Assembly: GCA_963715985.1 (NCBI GenBank)
Contig: CAVQSP010000014.1
Location: 746,019 to 810,018, forward strand
DNA from: an uncultured Thermoleophilia bacterium
GTDB lineage: Bacteria; Actinomycetota; Thermoleophilia; UBA2241
Reading direction: 5' to 3'
DNA: 64,000 nt
In this document: positions 30,645 to 42,965 of the stretch, piece after piece
Position numbering within the stretch: the stretch's first letter is position 1
How the letters are laid out: each line of letters opens with the position of its first letter
Program-made: the position numbers and the translations under genes
Notes under the pieces: generated by a model
What the model was told of the DNA's origin: nothing
Database searches by the model: none
The model's input: only the letters and a program-made list of their open reading frames with translations

Positions 30645-31784
30645 TCAGGAGGCGCCGCGGATGCGGGCGAGGAGCGCGTCGACCAGCTGCCCCTCGGGCA
30701 GCGCCTCGACGCGCTCGCCGTGGTCGAAGAGCACGCCCTCGCCGGCCCCGGCGGCGATGCCGTAGTCGGCGTGGCGAGCCTCCTCGGGGCCGTTCACGCG
30801 GCAGCCCATGACGGCCACCGTGATGACCTCGCCGGCCAGCGCCGGGTCGGCGCCCAGCCGGCGCTCCACCTCTTCGGCCAGGCCGACGATGTCCACCTCG
30901 GTGCGGCCGCAGGTGGGACAGGAGATCACGTCGGGGCCGCGCCGGCGCAGGTCGAGCGCGGCCAGGATCTTCCAGGCGACGCGGACCTCTTCCACCGGGT
31001 CGCCGGTGAGCGAGACGCGCACGGTGTCGCCGATGCCGTCGGCGAGCAGCGCGCCGATGCCCACGGCGCTCTTGATGGTGCCGCCCCACACCGTGCCCGC
31101 CTCGGTCACGCCGACGTGCAGAGGAGCGTCGGTGCGCTGCGCCAGCAGGCGGTATGCGGCGATGGTGACCGGCACGCTCGAGCTCTTGACGCTGAGCTTG
31201 TACGCGCCGAATCCCCACTCGTCGAACTGCGCCGCCCAGCGTAGCGCGGCCTCGACCAGCGCCTCGGCCGGCTCGTGCGCCGCGCGGCCGCGCAGGTCCT
31301 TGGGCAGCGAGCCGGCGTTGACGCCGATGCGGATGGCCACGGGGACCTCTGTGGGGCCGGCGGCCGCAGGCTGCCCGGCCTCTCCCCCGCCGGCCGGCAC
31401 GCGCGCTTCGGCGGCGGCGCGCACGATCTCGCGCACGTGCTTCTCCGCCATCGTGCCCGGATTGATGCGGATGCCGGCGGCGCCGGCCTCGACGGCCGCG
31501 AGCGCCAGACGCCAGTCGTAGTGGATGTCGGCGATGATCGGCACCTGCGGTGCGCCCGGCGCAAGCGCCGGAGCCTCGCGCACGATGCGCGCGAACGCCG
31601 GCGCCTCCTCCGCCGTCGGCAGGCTCACGCGCACGATCTCGCAGCCGGCGCTCACGAGCGCCCGCACCTGCGTCAGCGTCGCCTCCGCGTCGCCGGTCCT
31701 GGTGCACGTCATGGACTGCACGAGCACCGGCGCTCCGCCGCCCACGGGCACCGCCCCGACCATGATGCGGCGGGCGGCGCTCAC
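30645..31784 (-). CDS. ispG: 4-hydroxy-3-methylbut-2-en-1-yl diphosphate synthase
   Basis: VGGGAPVLVQSM, IADIHYD, RINPG, IRIGVNAGSL, SCPTCGR, VMGCRVNGPEEA; GTG at 31784. Confidence 0.95.
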   Translation of the reverse strand: MSAARRIMVGAVPVGGGAPVLVQSMTCTRTGDAEATLTQVRALVSAGCEIVRVSLPTAEEAPAFARIVREAPALAPGAPQVPIIADIHYDWRLALAAVEAGAAGIRINPGTMAEKHVREIVRAAAEARVPAGGGEAGQPAAAGPTEVPVAIRIGVNAGSLPKDLRGRAAHEPAEALVEAALRWAAQFDEWGFGAYKLSVKSSSVPVTIAAYRLLAQRTDAPLHVGVTEAGTVWGGTIKSAVGIGALLADGIGDTVRVSLTGDPVEEVRVAWKILAALDLRRRGPDVISCPTCGRTEVDIVGLAEEVERRLGADPALAGEVITVAVMGCRVNGPEEARHADYGIAAGAGEGVLFDHGERVEALPEGQLVDALLARIRGAS

Positions 31785-32740
31785 GCGTGCTCCCGGTACC
31801 ACGTCCAGGTCTCGGCCATGCCGTCGGCAAAGCTGTGCTCGGCCTCCCAGCCGAGCACCCACCTGGCCCGGCCGGCGTCGGCGCGCGAGTGGCGGATGTC
31901 GCCGGCGCGCGCCGGCTCGTGGCGGCGTCCCACGGGAGCGCCGGACAGCTCCTCCAGACGCCCCAGGACGTCCAGGACGCTCGTCGCCTGCCCGGACCCC
32001 ACGTTGACCACCGCGACGCCGCTGAGGGGCCTCAGAAGGGCTCTGAGCACGGCCTGCACCACGTCGCCCACGTAGACGAAGTCGCGCGTCTGCTCGCCGT
32101 CGCCGTAGATGGTCACCGGTTCGCCGGCGGCCGCGGCGGCCATGAAGCGGCTGATCACGCCCGAATACTCCGAGCCGGGGTCCTGGCGTGGCCCGAACAC
32201 GTTGAAGAGGCGCAGGCACGCGGCGACGATCTGGCCGGCGTCCGCTGCCGCGGCGCACGTCTGTTCCGACGCCAGCTTGGCCTCCGCGTACGGGCTCATG
32301 GGCCTCGGGACGGAGGTCTCGGAGACGGGGAGCCCGGCCGCGTCACCGTACACCGCGCAGCTGGAGGCCAGCACCACGCGCGGCACGTCGGCGTCCACCG
32401 CCCAGCGCACCACGTTGACGGTGCCGCCGTGCGTGACGCTGCCGGTGCCGACGGGGTCGGCCACCGACTGGGTCACGGAGGCAACGGCCGCGAGGTGGCA
32501 GACCGCCGCGCAGCCGTCGACCGCTTCGCGCACCTTGTCCTCGTCGCGCACGTCGCCGGCGATGAGCTGGAAGCGGCCGCCGTGCGCGGCGGCCAGGGCC
32601 TCGGCGCCGCGGATGTTCTCGGGCTTGCCGGTGCTGAAGTCGTCGAGCACGCGCACGTCGTTGCCCGCGCTGAGCAGAGCCTCCACGAGGTGAGAACCGA
32701 TGAAGCCGGCGCCGCCGGTGACGAGGATCAGGTCGTCCAC
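31781..32740 (-). CDS. NAD-dependent epimerase/dehydratase (GalE-like)
   Basis: VTGGAGFIGSHL; SPYAEAK (YxxxK); FNVFGPRQDP..YSGVI. Confidence 0.9.
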   Translation of the reverse strand: MDDLILVTGGAGFIGSHLVEALLSAGNDVRVLDDFSTGKPENIRGAEALAAAHGGRFQLIAGDVRDEDKVREAVDGCAAVCHLAAVASVTQSVADPVGTGSVTHGGTVNVVRWAVDADVPRVVLASSCAVYGDAAGLPVSETSVPRPMSPYAEAKLASEQTCAAAADAGQIVAACLRLFNVFGPRQDPGSEYSGVISRFMAAAAAGEPVTIYGDGEQTRDFVYVGDVVQAVLRALLRPLSGVAVVNVGSGQATSVLDVLGRLEELSGAPVGRRHEPARAGDIRHSRADAGRARWVLGWEAEHSFADGMAETWTWYREHA

Positions 32741-32746
32741 CCGCTC

Positions 32747-32752
32747 ATCTTA
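32747..32752 (-). promoter_or_regulatory. -10 element of a probable leaderless transcript (epimerase-ispG)
   Basis: TAAGAT lies 6 nt upstream of the GTG start, with no Shine-Dalgarno. Confidence 0.5.
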
Positions 32753-32801
32753 CTGCCCGCAACGCCGCGACCGGCCGGAAGACCGCCCGCGCCTGCCTCG
32801 C

Positions 32802-34073
32802 CTACCCGCCGAACAGCCTCTTCAGGTCGTTGAACGTGAGGAAGATGAACAGCATCACGAGCAGCACGGTGCCGAAGGCGATCATGCGCTCGAGCAGCTT
32901 GGCGTTGAGGCGCTTGCCGCGCAGCTTCTCGACGATGTTGAGGGCGATGTGGCCGCCGTCGAACGGCAGGATGGGCAGCAGGTTGATGAGCCCGAGGTTG
33001 AAGCTCAGGAAGGCGAGCAGGACCGGGTACCAGCTCTGCTGCACCGCCTGACGGCTCACATTGATGATGCCGACCGGGCCCACGGCGCCCTCAGGACCTG
33101 TGGCGCTGATCTTGCCGGAGATGAGCATCCAGAAGCCCGTGAACGTGCCGACCACCACGTCGCGGAAGCCCTGCAGGCCGAGCGTGACGGCGCGGACAGG
33201 CCCGGGATGCTCCCGGACCACCCCGGCGCCCACGCCGAGGTAGCCGTTGCCGGGCGCCTGCGGGTTCTCGATGAGCTTGACGGTGACCGTGCGCTCAGCC
33301 GGCGATGCGGCAGGACCGGCGGTCGCACCGGAGCCGGCGCCGCCCGCGGCCGCCTTGGGCACGTAGGTGAGCTGGATCGTCTTGTCCATATTGGCGCGCA
33401 GGAACGCGGACGCCTCGTCCCACGTCGCCCAGCGCTCGCCGTCGGCGCCCACGAGGGTGTCGCCGGGCACGATGCCGGCGCGGGCGGCGGGGCCGTCCTT
33501 GACCACCTCGGCCAGGGTGAGGCTGGCCTTGGGCACGCCGGAGATGCCGACGAACAGCACGAGGATGACGGCCGCGGCGAGGAAGTTCATGAGCGGACCG
33601 GCAGCGATGGTGACGTTGCGCTTCCAGACCGCCTTCTTGTAGTACACGCGGTCGCCGGTGCCCTCGGGCACTTCTTCCTCCGGCATCATGCCGCTGATCT
33701 TGCAGAAACCGCCCAGAGGGATGATGCCGATGCCGTACTCGGTCTCGCCCCACGTGTGACGCAGCGCCGCGGGAGGAAAGCCCACGTAGAACTTCTCGAC
33801 GCGCATGCCGAACGCCTTGGCGGCGATGAAGTGGCCGAACTCGTGGACCGTGATGAGCAGGGCCAGGCCGAGGATGGCGATGAGCCACACCCACTGCCCG
33901 AACACGAGAGCGACCAGCACGGCGCCGCCCAGCAGCAGCGACCACGGGCTGAGGATGCGCGAGCGGCCCTCGGGGGGTTGCGAGCCGCTGTGCGCAGCCT
34001 TTGCCTTCGCGTCCGCGCGCTCGTTGTCGTCGATCTCGTCGATATCGTCCGGCTGGTCCGTGTGCTCGTCCAT
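32802..34073 (-). CDS. rseP: Site-2 intramembrane zinc metalloprotease with PDZ domain
   Basis: HEFGH; IPLGGFCKI; AGPLMN; NLLPILPFDGG; position after dxr. Confidence 0.93.
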   Translation of the reverse strand: MDEHTDQPDDIDEIDDNERADAKAKAAHSGSQPPEGRSRILSPWSLLLGGAVLVALVFGQWVWLIAILGLALLITVHEFGHFIAAKAFGMRVEKFYVGFPPAALRHTWGETEYGIGIIPLGGFCKISGMMPEEEVPEGTGDRVYYKKAVWKRNVTIAAGPLMNFLAAAVILVLFVGISGVPKASLTLAEVVKDGPAARAGIVPGDTLVGADGERWATWDEASAFLRANMDKTIQLTYVPKAAAGGAGSGATAGPAASPAERTVTVKLIENPQAPGNGYLGVGAGVVREHPGPVRAVTLGLQGFRDVVVGTFTGFWMLISGKISATGPEGAVGPVGIINVSRQAVQQSWYPVLLAFLSFNLGLINLLPILPFDGGHIALNIVEKLRGKRLNAKLLERMIAFGTVLLVMLFIFLTFNDLKRLFGG

Positions 34074-34358
34074 TCGCTCTCTCTGTCCTGGCGGCGGTCC
34101 GGCCGCGCCTCCCGGCGCCGGGCGCGGTGCTCCGCCGCTCACCGTTCTGGGTGTACCCCGCGCATGAGGATACCCGCTCGATATTGCGGCCCGGTTAACT
34201 CCCGGTGACGCCGCGCGAGCCATTGCTGCCTACGAGACGGCGCTCGGGGGCGGCGGGTGCGGCGGCGCCGTGCTCTCGGCGGGCGGTCGTCGGCGCGGCA
34301 GTCGTGGCGGACTGCGGCGCGGCGGTCGGCGGCGGTCTCCGCGGCGTCCGGCGGCGGT

Positions 34359-35728
34359 CTACGCAGGGTTGCCCGCCGCCTCGTGCGCGAAGCGCCGCGC
34401 CTCGGCGTCGCACGCGTACACGTCATCGAGGCTCTCGATGGGTTCGTCGCCTATCCAGGTGAGGCACTTCTCCACGACCTCGGCGATGTCCAGGAAGCCG
34501 ATGGCGCGGTCGAGGAACGCCTGCACCGCGACCTCGTTGGCGGCGTTGAGCACGATGGGCGCGGCCACGGTGTGCGGGCCGGCCACAGTGCGCGGGCCGG
34601 CCGCGGTGAGCGACGCGGACACGGAGGGTGGGCCGCGGCGGCATACGAGCCGGCTGCAGATGCGCCAGCCTGGGCCTCGGCGGCGGCCGCCTTGCGCCCC
34701 GCCTCCTCAGCGAGTGCCAGACAGCGGAACGTCCTGGTGTCGGGCTTGGTGAAGGTGAGCTCGGTGCCGAACACGTCCAGGCGCCGCACGGACGGCAGGG
34801 CGGGGCGCTGCGGGTACGCGAGTGCGTAGCCGATGGGCGTGCGCATGTCGGGCACGCCCATGTGGGCGAGGATGGCGCCGTCGCTGAGCCGCGCCATGCT
34901 GTGCACGATGCTCTGCGGGCTGATGACCACGGTGATGCGCTCGTAGGGCACCCCGAACAGGTAGTGCGCCTCGATGACCTCGAGGCCCTTGTTCATGAGG
35001 GTGGCCGAGTCGATAGTGATCTTGGGGCCCATGGACCACGTGGGGTGCTTGAGGGCCTCCTCCGGCGTGACGGCGGCCAGGTCCGCGGCCACACGGCCGC
35101 GGAAGGGGCCGCCCGAGCCGGTCAGCAGCAGCTCTTCGGCGGCGGAGAGCGGCGCAGCGCCGCCGCCGTCGGCCCCGCCTCCGCTTCCCGAACCGGCGCG
35201 CTCGCCTCCGGCCGCGAGGCACTGGAACAGCGCGCTGTGCTCGCTGTCCACGGGCAGGATCAGCGAGCCGCTGCGGCGGGCGGCGTCCAGCACGAACGGG
35301 CCGCCGGCCACCATGCTCTCCTTGTTGGCCAGCGCCAGGGTGGCGCCGGCCTCGAGCGTGGCCATGGTGGCGCGCAGGCCCGCGGCGCCGACGATGCCGT
35401 TGAGCACGGTGAGCGAGGCGCCGGTGGCGGCGGCGTTCGCGGCCGCGCTTGCCACGAGCTCGCGCAGGCCGGCCTCGCCGGCCAGCACCGCGAGCTCGGG
35501 CCCTCGCGCGGCCGCCTCCGCCGCGGCTTTGGCGTCGCTCAGGCACACGTCCCGGACCTTGAAGCGCGCCGCCTGCTCCAGCACGAGGTCGACGCCCGTC
35601 GCGGCCGCGAGGCCGACGAGCCGCGCGCCCGGGATCGCCTCCAGGATGTCCAGAGCCTGTCGGCCTATGGACCCCGTGGACCCGAGCAGCAGGATGTGCC
35701 TGGCGCCCGTCTCGTGCCGTTCCGTCAT
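34359..35728 (-). CDS. dxr: 1-deoxy-D-xylulose-5-phosphate reductoisomerase (frameshift near the 3' end)
   Basis: LLGSTGSIG; LALANKESMV; PVDSEHSA; HPTWSMGPKITIDSATLMNKGLE; LNAANEVAV. Confidence 0.95.
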
Positions 35729-37185
35729 GTCGTGTCCTCCACAGGTCCGCCCGTCTCCGCGCCAGTCGCCGCCCTCGGTCGCGGCCATGGCCGCGCCGCG
35801 CTCAGTCTGCCACGCCACGGCGAGCAGCAACACCTGGAGGAGCACGACGAGCGCGTACTTGCTGGCCTGCAGTGACGGGGCGATGACCATGGAGGAGCGC
35901 GAGAGCATGATCATCGCCCAAGCCAGCAGGCCGAACTCCACGCTCCAGACGAGCGAGCGCCTCTCCCCCATCGTCGACAATGGCAGCGGCCGAGCACCGC
36001 CAGCGGGAACACGAAGATCACCAGCTTGTAGTCGTGGCTGATGGCCGGCACGACACTCATCACGGGCACGCAGGCCGCGGCGGCCAGCACCGCGCGGCGC
36101 GCGCTCCACCCGTGCCGCACCAGCACGCGCGAGCGTCACGATCCAGATCGCCAGCGGCACGACGAGCAGCGGCCAGTAGACCCAGGACGGCGCCCACGCG
36201 GTCAGCTGGCGAAGGACGACCGAGAGCGACGCCGCCGAGTGGTTGCCCCACCAGTACGGCGTGCATGACAGACTCCACGGCCAGCTGGCCGCTGATGGTG
36301 TCCATCAGGGTGCGCGGCCCGGCGATCAGGAGCAGCAAGCAGCGTTGGTCACCAGCGCCGGGACGATGGCCCGCCATCGGTAGCGCCACAACAGCAGCAC
36401 GAGCAGCACGCCCGGATACAGCTTGAGATTGATGGAGATGGCAAGTGCGATGGCCGGCCACCACGGCGAGCGCGGCAGGCGCAGCATCAGCCACACGGCG
36501 AGGAGCGCAAAGAAGAGCGCGTACAGGTCGATGTTGCCGCGTTCGATCTCGTAGATGAACCCCGCGGACGTGAGCAGCCACACGCCGGCGACGAGTCCCA
36601 GCTGTGCGGCGTCGACTGGACGCTCCTCCAGGGGCGTCGCCGGCCACTACGGCCTTGGCAGCCAGCACAGCGGTCAGCACCACCGAGGCGACGGCGAGCG
36701 CCACGAGAACGATTACCTGGATCACGTGCGCGGTGGCGAAGCTGAAGAGAGTGAAGGGCTTGCCGAGGATCAGCGTGAAGCGGTGGCCACCCGCTTGCGA
36801 TAGTCGTGAAGGCGCGGGCCGGATCGTAGAGGCCGTCACGGAAGTCGAAGCCGGTCGGCTGCGCCAGCGGGATGAGCAGGCCCCACGTGTCGTTGCCGAA
36901 GCGGAACCAGTAGACGAGGACGTTCCACGCCAGCCCCGCCACGGCGATGACGGCGAGCCACACCACGGCGTTCACGGCCGGGCGCCCGGCGCCGAAGGCG
37001 GCCAGGGCCGTCACTGTCCCTACGATCGCGAGAGGCAGCACGAACGCGAGGTGCGGCACCACCACGAAGTAGCCGCCGCCGCGCGCCAGCACGAGCGCGC
37101 TGAGGATCCAGCCCAAGGCGCCGACAACGACGCCCAACCAGGCGCCCCACTCCCCCGCCCCCGTCTCGCGCTCCAGTGCGTTCAC
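35725..37185 (-). CDS. GT-C membrane glycosyltransferase, GT87-like (frameshifted)
   Basis: Multi-TM; GFDFRDGLY; EIERGNIDL; LAISINLKLYPG; SHDYKL. Confidence 0.7.
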
Positions 37186-37240
37186 ACGTCCTCATTCGGG
37201 CCGCGGTCTCACCCCACGTCGCCGTGCAGTCTATCGCGGC

Positions 37241-39132
37241 TCAGCGACGGGGGAGCCGCGCGAGCACTTGGGCAGTGCTCTCGTCAGACGGCTTACGCTG
37301 GAAGGCGTATAGCGGCCGCACGAGGGTAGGAGGGTAGTCGAGGCCGCCGGAGGCGGCCTGGATCTGGGCGTCAGACATGCCTGCCGTGGGCAAGAAGTGC
37401 ACGACCAGAGACGGCACGAGGCGATGTCGCCGGAAGTAGCTGATCGTTGTTTGAGGCAGCTGTCCGGTAGCTGGGTCCGCCACGACCCAGTACGAATTCG
37501 CGGCGATGACCCCGGTCCAGTAGAGGTAGTATCCGCATCCCTCGTACATGATGAGGAATCCGTCGTCGGGGCGAGACTGAGCCTTGAGATCGGCGGCGAA
37601 ACCGTCCATGAGGTGCCGTCTCTCCGGTGTGATTTTGATGCCCCACCACGGCCCGGAGTCGAAGCGGCTGGTCAAACTGGAATAGGGAACATCGCGCTGC
37701 TGGAACTGAAACTGGAATCCGATGGTCATCCCCACGATGGCACACAGCACGATGAGCGCCAGCGACGGCGTCGCCGCCCCCGTTGAGCCAGGCGACAGGG
37801 ACCGTGCCGCTTCAACCTCGGGTGCCACTGCGAGCGAGGCATCGACAAGCCTCCGGGCATCCGGAGTCTCCACCGCTTCGAGAGCCCAGACAAGGAAAAG
37901 CCCACTCGCAACCAAAGCCGGAGCGAGCCCGACTGCAGAGTTCACATAGGCCGCCGCACTCGTGTAGGCCGTCATGGCCCCAGCCAACATGGCGGGTGCC
38001 CAGATCCAGATGAGCAGCCTGGCGCCGGCTTCACGCCGCTCGCATGGGAATGAAGAGGTAGAGGTACGGCGCAAGGAGCGCGTAGATCAGCACGTACCCC
38101 GAGGCCCAGACCAGGGGGCGCTGGGCAGCCAACCAGAGCGCCACCGGCAGGGCTGCAAGCAGGGAACGGCCCACCCGCGGCCAGCGGCGGAACACCAAAT
38201 ACACCAGCAGCGCCGCGACCACAAGGTACGGTCGCCAGGTGACGAACCGCCAGACGCCCTGCGCGACAGCGACAGCTTTCGGTGCACCACCCAGCTGGTG
38301 ATAGGTGCTCGCCCCCGAAAGCGTGGCCTGCCAGCTCCGCACAAGGTTGCGCGGCCCGAAACTGAGCATCACCAGGCCGACCGGGATCAGTACCATGCGC
38401 CGCCCAGGACCCAGGCGCTTAATGCACGCCATGCCGCCACCCCGGTCGGCGGCCCCTCCGGGTCCGGGTGGATGCAAGAACGCCCCTTCTGCCAGCATGG
38501 CCGGAGCCCGCCGACCTTGCGCGAGCACGAAGAAGACCGCGCAGAACGGCACGATGAACATCAGCGAGGGGTACGCAACGATCGCGAGCGCCAAGGCGGC
38601 GCCTGCGCACGCGGCGTAGCGCCGCCCCTTGCCAAGCACGACGACCCACGAACCCATCACCGCGCTCAACGTGAGAAACGCCAGCGCCATCGTGTTGTAG
38701 CTCAGCTGAGGTGTGGCCCAATAGATGTATGTTACGAACACACACGCGAGAAGAAGGGCGAGCTGCCAGCGCACCAAGCGACGCAGCAGAAGGTACACGC
38801 AGATGGCCACGGCCAGGTCCATGAGCAGGTAGAGATGGCGCGTGAACAAGATGAGCCCAGTCGGATCGTTGTGCCGAACGAAGCCGAACAGCCTTCACGA
38901 ACGGGTATGCGAGAAGCCCAGGCACCTGCAGAAGGTTCTGCTCGTGCACGAAAGGCTTGTCACCAAGCACCCAACGCCATGGGACGAGCACGAAGTAGCT
39001 CTCGTCGCGCAAGTCCATGCCGACGAAGAGGCGCAGCCACGTGAGCACAAGCCCAACTGCCACGAAAGAGAGAGCGACAGCATCGAACAACACGTGGAAT
39101 GACGCCGGGAGGCTGCGGTCGCCAGACTGCAC
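37241..39132 (-). CDS. Multi-TM putative GT-C glycosyltransferase (frameshifted)
   Basis: GMDLRDESYF in the first loop (acidic GT-C-like motif); LSYNT; many TMs; soluble C-terminal domain. Confidence 0.6.
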
Positions 39133-39472
39133 GTCTTCGTTGCTGCTGATCGTCGGGTTCCTTCCAGTCGTCGCGACACCGTGCCGTCGCCACCGCGTCT
39201 TCGGGCTACTTCAGCGCACTCGCGGTGTTGCTGTCTCCGGCATTCTACCGAATCCGCGCGGACGGCCGCCGCAGTGAAGGAGAGGCCCGTGCGGGTGCAG
39301 CGTCGCCGGCTCGCCGACGACGTCAAGCAGGGCAGAGACGCCGGCCGGCACGTCACTTCCGCAAGGCGCATTGGGATGAGGCTCGCTTCAGACCGAGCAC
39401 TGTGACCGCGTCTCTGGTGTCTTACTATGGGAATCGTGCCGAGTGGCGACTGCCGCCAATCGACACTGACCA

Positions 39473-39504
39473 GGCCCTCTCCCACATGTCCGTGTGAGAG
39501 GGCC
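39473..39504. terminator. Hairpin in the intergenic region
   Basis: GGCCCTCTC-c-CAC-atgtcc-GTG-t-GAGAGGGCC. Confidence 0.35.
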
Positions 39505-40086
39505 ACCTTGGGCGTTATGTCCTGCTGACCGGCGTCTTCGGTCCTGGCGGATGGTGGTTTCGACCGCCGATTGCCTTCAGGAGCAGGACGACTCCAGGTG
39601 CCGCGCGCAGCATCATCAGCAGGCAGAAGTGGCGCATGCACAGCATCCGCCCCGTAGAGACGCGGCCAACGACGATCGCGAAGACCCTCACGACCGGACA
39701 ATCGTGGACCGCCTACGTCGGGTTCGAATCGCTGTCGGTGACGAACGGCTTGTTCTCCTGCGCCCGGTGCTGCGGCATCACCGAGTAGTAGCCCTCTCCG
39801 AGTATGTCCACGCCCACGACGAGGCACTCCCGGGTGTACGTGACGGCAATGGCGACTCCGTTCGCGACGAACGCCGCTGCCATAGCACCGGACGACCGGC
39901 GAGGTGTCTCGTGCTCTGCACCCCGCTAGCGTTCTCCGCCAACCGAGCGACGATGTCCGTGCTCCTTGCACCAGCCCGTCGCCACCCGCCGGAACGACAA
40001 CCAGCGCGGTGCACCGGAGGACCCTCCACACGCCCGTGCGGGCCGGACGGTTTGTCAAAACGCCGCCAGCGCCCGATAGTCTTCAC

Positions 40087-41147
40087 ATGGTTGACCCACC
40101 TCTCGCCTTCGCGGACCTCGACCACGTGTTCGGGGGCGTGTTCCCGCTCTGGAACGACCTGCGCAAACGCAGGCTCTTCATGACCGGGGCCTCCGGCTTC
40201 GTGGGCGGCTGGATGCTGGAGGCGCTGCTCAGCGCGAGCGACAGACTGTGCCTCGAGTGCGAGGTCACTGTGCTAACCCGCAATCCGGCTGGGTTCGCAG
40301 CGCGACGCCCAGGCGTCGTCGGGCACCCCGCTGTCTCGCTCCACGAGGGCGACGTCCGCTCGTTCGCTCACCCTGCAGGCCGCTTCGACTTCGTAGTCCA
40401 CGCCGCAGCGCAAGCGCCGCGGGACTCGTCGCCGCGTGGACTTCTGGAGCGTTACGAGGCCGACGTAGCCAGCACGCGCAGCGTGCTCGAGCTGGCCACC
40501 GGAGCGGCGCCGCACGCATTCTCTTCACGAGCTCAGGAGCTGTCTATGGTGTTCAGCCCCCAGATGTCGGGCAGTTGAACGAGGACTTCCCCGGCGCACC
40601 AGACCCCTGCGACCCGACGACGGTGTACGGCCAGGCCAAGCGGGCAAGCGAGTTCCTCTGCACAGGCTTCGCGCAAGCATCGGGGGTCGTGGTGACCATC
40701 GCCCGGCTGTTTGCGTTCATCGGGCCACTCCTGCCTCTGGACGCCGGGTACGCTGCGGGCGACTTCCTGGGGGATGCACTGGCGGGCCGCTCCATCACAA
40801 TCAAGGGAGACGGACGCCCATTCCGCTCCTACCTGCACGCCGCTGACATGGCTGCGTGGCTGTGGACCGTCCTGCTCAAAGGTGCCTCGCACCGGCCGTA
40901 CAACGTTGGCTCCGACGTTGCGATCTCGGTCCGCGACTTGGCGGAGTCTGTCTCGCGCGTGGTCGCGCCCGGCCTCCCCGTCGTAGTCGAACAGAGCCCC
41001 GCCCACGATGGCCCGCCGCCCCGGTACGTGCCCTCTGTCGCGCGAGCCCACAAGGAGCTGGGGCTCACGCAGAGAATCGGCTTGGACGAGGCGGTGCGCC
41101 GCACCGCCGGGTGGCATCCCACGAAGCAGGCCCAAGCATGCGAATGA
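40087..41147 (+). CDS. NAD-dependent NDP-sugar epimerase/reductase (frameshifted)
   Basis: FMTGASGFVG; FTSSGAVYG; YGQAK; ARLFAFIGP. Confidence 0.85.
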
Positions 41148-42965
41148 AGGTGAGCGACTACGTCATCGCGTTCCTCGCCGACCGGGGGGTCGACACGGTG
41201 TTCCTGTTGTCGGGGGGCGGCGTCATGCACCTGCTCGACTCCCTCGGGAACGGCGACAGCGTCGGCTATCTGTGCAACCGCCACGAACAGGCCTGCGCCA
41301 TCGCCGCCGAGGGCTACGCCCGGATGACGGGTCGCCCAGGCGTCTGTCTTGTCACTACCGGTCCCGGCGCCGCCAATGCCGCCTCGGGCATTCTCGGCGC
41401 TTGGACAGACTCGCTGCCGGTGCTGGTGATCTCCGGACAGGTGCGACGAGACCTCATTGCGGACTTCGGCACGCTCAGACAGAAGGGGCCCCAGGAAGGC
41501 AACACCCTGGCCATGGTGGCGCCGATGACGAAGTACGCTACGGCCGTCACCGACCCGCTGGCCGTCCGGTGCGAGCTCGAGCGTGCATGGCACGAGCGAC
41601 CTCCGGCAGGCCGGGACCCGTGTGGGTCGAGGTCCCCCTCGATGTGCAGGCGGAACTGATCGAGCCGGATGAACTCGAACCGTTCCGGAAGCCCGCCCGC
41701 ATCGACGACCAAGCGGCGAAGGAGATGACCGCAGGCATCGAACGCGCAGCCCGGGCTTTGCACGAAGCCAGCGGCCTCTCCTGCTGTGCGGCAGCGGCGT
41801 TCGCACAGCCGCTGCTGTGCCGGAGCTGCGACGTCTTCTGGACAGCAATCCGCTGCCAGCCGTCGTTCCTGACTCCGGCAAGGACCTCATCCCCGAGGAC
41901 CACCCCCGCAACCTCGGGGTCTTCGGACCAGCGGCGCAGCGGCGGGCCAACTTCGCGGTGCAGAACTGCGACTGCCTCATCGTGCTTGCCGCCGCCCTCA
42001 GCGCCAAGAAGATCGGCTTCAACTACGCGGACTTCGCGCGTCAGGCAGTCAAGTTCGCCGTCGACATCGATCCCGACCAGCTAAGGCATCAGGTCGTGCG
42101 ACCCGATGATGGTGTATGCGGAGACGTGCGCGGGTTCCTTCGTGGGCTCGCCGACCACCTCGAGAGGTCTCCGCTTGCACCAAAGGAGCCATGGTTGGCC
42201 GCGTGCGCGGAATGGAAAGCCCGCTACCCGCTTGTCGGTGAGGCGCAGTACGCAGACGACGGATTCGTCAACAGCTACGCCTTCATGGACGCCCTCTCGG
42301 ACGCTCTGACGGCGGGCGACGTGCTCGTGACCGGCAACGGGCTGGATAGCGTCAGCTACGTCCAGGCGTTTCGGACGAAGGAGGGCCAGCGCACCCTCCT
42401 GAATGCCAATTGGGGGGCCATGGGCTGGGATCTGCCCCTGGCCATCGGGGCCTGCATCGGCAGCGGAAGAAGGCACACCGTCTGCGTCACAGGTGACGGC
42501 AGCATCCAGCTCAACGCCCAGGAACTGACGACCATTTCGCACAACGGGCTTCCCATCACGGTGTTCGTGTTCAACAACGCCGGCTACGCGACCATCCGCG
42601 CCACGCAGCGGAATCTCTTCAACGGGCGGCTCGTGGCATCAGGAGCATCCACGGGGGTGGACAACCCCGACTTCCGGCTGCTGGCCGGGGCCTCAGGTCT
42701 CAGCTACTCGGCGATCACCTCGAATCGCGGACTGCAAGAGGCGCTTCGGGACGTCATCGCGACCCCGGGCCCGCATCTGTGCGAAGTGCTCGTTTCACCG
42801 CTCCAGGAGATCGAACCCAAGTCGACTGCCTTTCGCCGGGATGACGGAACGCTTGAGTCACGGCCCCTCGAGGACATGGCACCCTTCCTGCCGCGGGACG
42901 AGGTCTGGCACAACATGCATATGTTCGACGAGGAGCCGGCGGACCGGGAAGCGGGCGCGACATGA
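41144..42965 (+). CDS. ThDP-dependent acetolactate-synthase-like enzyme (YerE-like) (frameshifted)
   Basis: CNRHEQACAIAAEGYAR; VTTGPG; GAMGWDLP; GDGS...NN ThDP motif; embedded in a sugar cluster. Confidence 0.85.

Noticed and set aside
30645-32258. Extended N-termini for ispG, the ABC ATPase (703 aa), dxr, rfbH, rfbF and rpsB in the ORF track
   Set aside because: These extensions run through upstream genes or leaders; starts were reset using RBS, gene overlaps and family N-termini.
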